This document shows positions 56,588 through 64,000 of a stretch of 64,000 nucleotides of DNA, piece by piece (the stretch's first letter is position 1; the number at the start of each line of letters is the position of its first letter). The notes under the pieces were generated by a model. That model worked only from the letters and a program-made list of their open reading frames with translations. It searched no databases and was not told the DNA's origin. The stretch comes from Syncephalis fuscata S228 (lineage: Eukaryota > Fungi > Zoopagomycota), in the NCBI GenBank assembly GCA_025786725.1, contig JAHLTZ010000031.1:186001-250000 (forward strand), in the 5' to 3' direction. The position numbers were made by a program, and so were the translations under genes.

Positions 56588-56972
56588 TTTATTTAAAGAT
56601 TACTAACACATGGGTGCTATTGCCAAAATCAGGCAAGTGTGACCTAACATGACCTTTTCGAGTATTAATCTGAAGATTGAGTATAGAAACGAGCCATCTA
56701 CTCTACACGCACTTGAAATGCTAAGTCATTCATCGCTGATCTATCTATATACACATCCAATATATTCGCGTTACAGTTCACTCAGTTTTTTGCCAAGAAA
56801 AAAAACACTACTTGCATTGCAATTTACAATTTTTATTTTTCAATAAAAGTAGCCAAGCCTTAAATAAAGTTGATATTTCTACAAATGATGCATTGTATTT
56901 AAAGATGGGTTTCTGCTGATCTACAGCAATAAATCATTTGCTTCTCTCCTTTTACTTTAGGCAAACTTAAAC

Positions 56973-59095
56973 ATGGCTACAAACAGTTTATTTCCACTAT
57001 ATGATAGTTTGTATTATATTATATTTGACTGGAAGCTTGTTGTTGTTACGTGCGTCGCGTATTTGTTTAGTCGGGTATGGCACAGCAATCAGCATAGTTA
57101 TGACTAATATTTGTTTATTAATATCATTAGATAATCTACAATGAGTTATTTTCGCCTATTGCTAAAATACCGGGAATTAGACCGGCTATAATTGCCCAAA
57201 TAATCTCACTCTACCATATGGCAACAGGAAATTTTACTTCATACACCATAGCAATGACTCGACGATATGGAAAAATCTACAGATTAGGTTGGTCTAGACA
57301 TAATCCGCTGTATAAAGCGCATATTGATTTCATTTACAGGCCCAAAATCTGTGGGCACAACAGACTTGGATGCACTTAGGCAAATCTACAGCTCTACACG
57401 ATTTAGAAAACCAGAAAGCTATAAGAATTTTGCATTTCATCGGGATAGTATATTTTCAACTCGGTTAGCTGATTGACAATAAATACTAACATCAGGGCAC
57501 TCATTAAATATTTAACAGGGATACGACATTTCATCGTAAATTGGTACATAGGCTGCTTTTTTATTATTCATAGCTAACTATTTGAATTTATAGAAACAAT
57601 TGATTGGACCTGTATTTTCAAATACATCTATTAATGAACTGGAGCCGCTTATTTACTCAGCCGGAGCTACTGCGTTGGCTAATCGTGTTGCAGAATATGC
57701 TAAAACTAACAAAATATTTGATATCATGGAGTTAATTCACTTTGCTACATTTGCAAGTATTAGCAGCCATCTTGGATGTTGTTTAATTACTAACACATTT
57801 TAATGATTCAGGATATTATTGGAGAGGTAGCATTTGGCGGTTCATTCAAAACACTGCAAGCTATTCCTGGCAAAAAAGCACATCCCATTTTTCATTGGAT
57901 AAACGATATGACATATTTGGGACTACTGGTAAAATGACATGTATAAAATGATATGTCGACTTATGTGAAATTATAGAAAAATGTATTGGGCCGACTATGC
58001 CATCCATGGATCATGCCCAGATACTTTGAATCGGAACGTTTGCTTATAGAAGTAAATATTTTAATGCAATCATTAGCCTTGGGCTCATATCAATAGTTTA
58101 CACGATCCGTGGTATGCAATCGAATAGCAGAAACTGACCGTTACTCGGCATCGAAAGACGATCGTGTCAAAGATGTATTGCAAAGGTTGCTTGAATCGGT
58201 AGATCCTAAGACTGGAGAAACACTTGACGTGGACCAGATTATTGCTGAATCCATCATTCAACTGTAAGCTTTTACAATTTAGCAACAATAGATGCAATAC
58301 TAATAAATGGCTGTTTAGTCTTGGTGGCACTGACACCACATCGCTGACTATTACATGGTAGGTTAGCTTGCCATATATTACTACAGACTAATGAATATAC
58401 TGGCCTAGGACACTGTATCTTGTTATAATAATCCAAAGATTTATCATCAGCTAGATCGGGAGCTTGTAGCGGCAATTCCTAATACTAACCAAGACATCAC
58501 ACATGCATCTATTAAAAATCTGCCTTATTTAAATGCTGTTTTGCTCGAATCAATGAGACTGCGATCGGTTGGTGGTGCCAGCCAGCGAGCGATACCACCA
58601 GGTGGCGCTGTTATTTGCGGTATTCATCTACCTGAAGGAGTAAGTATTGTATTTGTGGCAGTATTAGTATATTGCATCATTAAAATCAATTGCGCTACAG
58701 TTTATCGTTCATCCAATCTCGTCTGCCATTCATCTTACACCAGAGATATTTGGTGCTAATCCAGGCCAGTTTTGCCCAGATCGTTGGCTTGATGCAACAC
58801 CTGAACAACTAAAAGTAATGCGGCAAAATATACTAACATTTTCACTGGGTACACGAGCCTGTATTGGGCAAAGGTAAGCATGGAATGCGACACACTACAG
58901 TTTCTAGTACATCAATTAACCAAATTGGCCAGTCTTGCTTGGATGGAATTACGACTTATTGTAGCCATTCTAATGCGTCGATTTGTTATGACTATTCCTC
59001 CAGAAGCCCGAACAGACATGAAGCCAGTGCGTCTTTTTAGTCTAAAGCCACGTGGTGGTTGTCTGAAGATACAAGCTGCTCATCGTTCAGAATAA
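56973..59095 (+). CDS. Cytochrome P450, multi-exon
   Basis: I-helix GGTDTTS, ExxR (LESMRL), PDRW, heme motif FSLGTRACIGQ. Confidence 0.92.
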
Positions 59096-59312
59096 ATACA
59101 TGAATGGCTGAATTATTAATTGGACTGCAATAAACTAAACATTGTTTATTTTAATGACTGTGCATCAGCTATGGCATTACTACAATAGTATAATATATTT
59201 TAACTGCCTATTATTATATAATAGCTTTACTAACTAGTTTATTCTATATATGTGTGTGTGTCCATTCTGTGTTTTTACAATATGTTTTGCTTATACAACA
59301 ACACATTATAAT

Positions 59313-60654
59313 CTAATCAATATCTAATGCCTCAAGTGCCAATGAGGATAAAGTACGTGACAAAGAGCGGCTATCTGGCCGACGTGGTCTAAACTCCTGC
59401 CCATTAACTGTGTTATCTGCTGCTACACCTGGACCTGAGATAGTTGAAGATGAAACGTTAACGCCAGACGATGGATTCAGAGAGCCTGCTGTTGTCGAGT
59501 TAGCTGCGTTCATAGCCGCCATACTTGAATTGGCGTTACTAGATCCAGCTACTGCTAAAGAAGCGCTATCGCCAACACTGTTAGCACCACTTCCAGGTGA
59601 ACTGGATGAAATAAGCGTTGCTGGCGTTATCATATTGCCACCAACACTATTGCTATTGTTGGTAGAGCCAACCGTGCTAGATATTACTCCAGAAGATATT
59701 ATACCTAGATCGTCGCCTCGCACAATAGATCCGCTACTTAGATACTCGTGGGAGTGAGAAACGTTAGGATCTCGCAGTAGTTCAGCTATTTTGAAAAATA
59801 AGTTAATAAACGATCATTTATAGTTGTCCATTCAAAGCTACCATTAATTCTTCGTCGCATGGCCTCTTTCGCTGCTTCCTTTGCTTCTTTAGCCGCCTGG
59901 GCACGTGTTTCCCGCTCTCGCTCCACTCTTTCAAATCGTAATTTTGGCAACGATGGATGACGTTCTAGTGCAAGTTGGCCACCATTCCAAAGCCAAGCAG
60001 GAAGTATTCGATCCTGTATCAACATATCGCCATGAAAACGTTCTACAAATGCTTTCTCATCGCTTTCAGGCGAAACAAATCTACACATATCAATTCATTA
60101 TTGGCTGATGTACCAAATGCTATTTTTACTTATTATTTACCGACAATACTCGGCCATAGCACACCGAAGGTCCCATAGCTGTAGACGTCGTAGGCACGCA
60201 ATTACAAGTCCGGTTACGCTGGTGCCATCCAGACAGTGTATGTAAGCAGGCAGATTATCGACGTCAACCAGTAGCTGTATCACACAACACTTGTAAGTAT
60301 ATAAGCAGGAATGATTGTCAGTCACTTACTTGAAGTACACGCGTAGCTCGAGAAAAAGAAAGTGTTACTCCTTCTTTTGGCTTGGCCACTTTGAAATGAA
60401 CAAGATTAATATTCTCCTGTTCGCAGAATGTTGTTAAATGCTCGGCAGGAGGATCTGGTATCAGTGATATCCAAGTTTTTAGTTGCAATCTAGACAACCA
60501 TTAGTTACCGGGCCTTAGCCTCGTATGAAATTCAATCCTACCGCTTCATAAAGCGTAGATTGCGTTCCTTGGGATAGCCGCCACGAAACACATTGGACTC
60601 TACTACATTGAAACGAAATGGCGGGATAAGCGGCGGTGTATGATAGTCGGCCAT
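59313..60654 (-). CDS. OCA6: Siw14/Oca-family tyrosine phosphatase-like protein (Oca6-like)
   Basis: PLIPPFRFNVVESNVFRGGYPKERNLRF, YIHCLDG..VTGLVIACLRRLQLW. Confidence 0.7.
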
Positions 60655-61234
60655 GGAGTAAAAGCGACAAACAATGGTAGCAGTAACAGCAGCAATAATA
60701 GTGCAGTATGGTGGTGGTGGTGATGATGGTGGCGGATTGTCATGAATGGTGGCCGAATGAGTGACGGGAATCGGCCATACAAATTTGTGCCATCCCGTAA
60801 TTTTCATTTTTTACATGCAAAAAGGGACAACTTTGCCATGTCGCGTAGGCTGTTGCTTCGTTACAACCATTCCAGTAGGAACTTTACCTATTGAAAATAA
60901 CCAGAGTGACGCGACATGGGAATGTATTCTGAGCGGGTAGCCGTGGTGATTAGAGGCGTCCCGCTCATCGGCGTTGTTTCGCGACTCGTCGTTGGGCATC
61001 GCTGACTGGTTTCTTTTATAATAATAATAAAAATAAAATAACGAGTCTTTTACAATAAATAGTGGCTGTAAGTTGGTATTTGGCCACTTATGTTTAAATC
61101 TTATTTACTATGTTACGAATATGGTGAATTTTAAAAAATACACCGTTTTGAATTTATTTAAATTTTAAATTATTAATAAATCCTGATAACAAACTAAAAT
61201 AATTGGATTATAAAAAAGCATATCTATTATTATT

Positions 61235-61610
61235 TGAATAACAGTATTATGTATTTACGATATTGTTGAATAATAAAAGTTACAAAGCTAAAGATCTTTG
61301 ATGGAAAAAAATTAATCACAATAAATGCAGCAATTTTAATTTGACTTTGCTTATTTACGTAGTTTAGTTAATTGCAATAATATTAACAGCAATGCCAATC
61401 GTATTTTATTTGTTAAAAACTTCAACAATACACTTGTGGTAAATGCAACTCAAAAAACATAATACAAAATATGCTATGTAAAATTAGCATTAATAATGTT
61501 AAAACAAATGTTTTTATTGATAAACAAATAAAAACTACTCATGAAATAACTATAAAAAAGGTGTCATTAAAGAGTGTTCAGCCTGTAATAAACATCATTA
61601 CAAGAAAACG
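61235..61610 (+). repeat. Dispersed AT-rich repeat, diverged copy of 42930-43320 and (inverted) 17640-18030
   Basis: Shared blocks gtattatgtatttac.atattgttgaataataaa, acaataaatgcagcaattttaattt, aatattaacagcaatgccaa, attaaagagtgtt. Confidence 0.8.
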
Positions 61611-62112
61611 GACTACAGTAACAAAAAATGATTTAATTAATAAACTAATTATATAACTACGCATTTATAAAGCCAACCAATAAAAATAAATTTAGCAATA
61701 ATCCAAAATAAGCTATTATTGAATGAAAGAACATGAATCATGTGCTCGGTTCTATGATCCACGTGCTGATATACGATCTCGCGGAGGCCATATGTCAGTC
61801 GAATGCCTGCACTTGGCTTTTAAATACCACACACAACAATGATAATAAAGAATATAGATTAGCTGTTGGCAACAGCATATGCGATTGTCACAAACTAAAT
61901 AATAATAATGTACTAATTAATTAACGGGAGAATAAAGCAATGCCATTAATAGTAGTATAATCATATCAATGTACTAGCCGGTTTAGAAAATGATTTGCAT
62001 ATACAATTTATTTATAAAACTAAAAGAAAATACTATTGTCAGATTAATTTAAACGCCATGTTTAATAAAACACTCTGCCTATTATTGCAAATATTTTCGC
62101 TCCCGTGCATCT

Positions 62113-62592
62113 TCAAATCGTTGGCTGGTTTGCCAAATTGCGCTTTATCAATAAGCGACTGAAGTAGTGATATAATTGAGCACGGTTTTCCAGCGAAAAT
62201 CCCTTTCGCCACTTTTCATTTTGAACCACGATAAGAACGTCATCATTTTGGCGTACACCCAAGGTGCTACGACGCCAGTCATTAGTCCAATGGATATGAG
62301 CACTGATGGCCAATCCACCAGAATTACGATCCTCCCAGCGAAGTCCCAAGTCGTCGGTCGGCACAACGGCCATAATTTTCTCAATAGGGAATGTACGCGA
62401 CCAACCAGCCATGTAATAATCATATAGCTTGAGGCTTTTATTTGTTAAGCAAGCAAATCGGTCCTTGTAAAGCACTAGTTCACCCTTGCGGTTGACATAG
62501 GCAGCAGCTTCGTTAGCATGTGTACTCGTATTCTTACTGCTGCTATCAGTGCTGAAAGAGGGGTTTTTTGCTCGGATACTGAGACGGTTCAT
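62113..62592 (-). CDS. Uncharacterised 159-aa protein, possible PH-like fold
   Basis: Clean single-exon ORF; LYKDRFACLTNKSLKLYDYY...RTFPIEKI...HWTNDWRR...KGFSLEN pattern. Confidence 0.6.
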   Translation of the reverse strand: MNRLSIRAKNPSFSTDSSSKNTSTHANEAAAYVNRKGELVLYKDRFACLTNKSLKLYDYYMAGWSRTFPIEKIMAVVPTDDLGLRWEDRNSGGLAISAHIHWTNDWRRSTLGVRQNDDVLIVVQNEKWRKGFSLENRAQLYHYFSRLLIKRNLANQPTI

Positions 62593-64000
62593 GGTGAGGT
62601 GGATATTGTTGCGAAAGATAACGGCCTACAAGAAAAGCAAAAAAGAAGCGGTTTTAAAAGCGGCATAAAATGATGCTTGAATGGAAGGGGAAATATGCAG
62701 CACTGCATAACCAAATTGGCCTTTGCTGTAATGATGGCATGATTGCTGAAACAGCACGAAAGATAATCAATTTGCAAAGTGGCCACTATTTAGGAAACAC
62801 GTCAAGTAATTCTTTATTAAGGCTTTATACCAGCATTTTTCACGCTTCCAAACTAACAACATTGTCAAGATAACACTATTTAATTAAAGTCTGAATAAAT
62901 TAAAAATAATTAAAATGCCAATAAACAATTAGATACACATGAAACCAATTGATTTTTGTTTTCGAAACAAATGTATACAATTCATTCAAAACTACTTATA
63001 AACATATACTCGCAATAAGGACTTATTATACTCCGTCCCAAAACGCTAATCCCTAATCCAGCGAAGCGCCGATGCCAAATAATGCGCCACTGCCTTAATG
63101 GCATTATGAAATACAACTGCGTAACGCTCAATCCTTGGCAAACTCTTGGCCAGCTGTAATCTACAAGAGTACAAAACTCTTGGCCAAATACTTTGGTTAA
63201 AAGAATAAGCAATGTCATTACCATCTTTGGTAATTGTAATTATCTGGTTTTTCTCACACAAAAGAATTATAGACCAATAATATACGTCCAAATACAGCAT
63301 TTATTTTTAACAGCCATCACATCGCAATTCCACGCTGCATTGTAAATCTTGTACTTGACTATATCACGTATTTTACATTTTAATATGACAGATTCCATGT
63401 TATCCAATTTTTTATGTTAACCTTGTTAAAAAAATTGACTTATCCAGAATTAATTGACAAGCAAATATAATAGAGACATTAAAATGCTGTTGATCTTTAT
63501 CTATATCACTAATGATACAATGGTAATACTATTTATGCGTTATTGAAAATGTCTAATAGCTGTTGGTATAATAACATTACTGTCATATAACAACTTGATG
63601 GTTTTTTAGTTAATAACGGTTGGTTTATTGACAGTCTTTGTGTGCGATACTCTATTTGTTTTTCAATTTATTATCCAATATACATATATCATTCCCATAC
63701 TATCCCTACTGCCATGTATCATTCTATGCTGTACTAGACACAATTTATTCAATATATACTTTAGCACACGCTACTCATTCTACTTACTGAGCTATATACA
63801 TTACAACCTCAACACCGCTACTTACACTCTTCCCGTCGTATATTCATTCCGTTTTATATAGTTGTGGAGTCTATTGATTACAGCCTATTAGTAAAAGCTA
63901 TTCTTTTATCGCAAACTGTATCTATTATAGATTTTAATTTATTTCACCTACTGAGTTTTACGTATACTGTAATTTTAATTATATCATTTATTTTATATTT

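Noticed and set aside
62982-63300. Short minus-strand ORFs, considered as a transposase fragment
   Set aside because: No catalytic motif recoverable in any frame
63600-64000. CA/CT-rich stretch resembling the microexon-family promoter
   Set aside because: Only compositional similarity; no signal exon or intron units within the window

Overview
Eukaryotic, AT-rich, intron-dense genomic DNA with short GT-AG introns and CTAA(C/T) branch points. Gene content and style suggest an early-diverging fungus (inference; organism not determinable here). About 17 ordinary genes are present: BST1-like, two Ecm15-type thiamine-binding proteins, DYS1, SEN2, F-box-like, NADP oxidoreductase, carnitine acetyltransferase, MRPS16, TTLL12-like, HSL-family hydrolase, MET6, AAA ATPase, CoA-transferase III, PRS, calmodulin-like, P450 and OCA6-like. 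The main discovery is a family of secreted Cys-rich peptide genes whose mature region is encoded by tandem arrays of 3-nt (occasionally 6-nt) microexons, each between ~80-nt repeated introns. Manual splicing of 40 microexons (21406-24724, +) and 28 microexons (37055-39479, -) gives stop-free 77-aa and 67-aa prepropeptides, each with six Cys in CxxxC-type spacing. A third, decayed member lies at ~5417-6100. The two intact genes sit in an ~8-9 kb inverted segmental duplication flanking TTLL12 and a hydrolase. A second system is five TIR-bounded non-autonomous elements retaining the 3' end of a Fanzor/TnpB-like ORF plus a conserved 3' non-coding tail (candidate omega-RNA). Several housekeeping genes show single-base frameshifts, probably assembly errors. 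All splicing and homology calls were made by eye.
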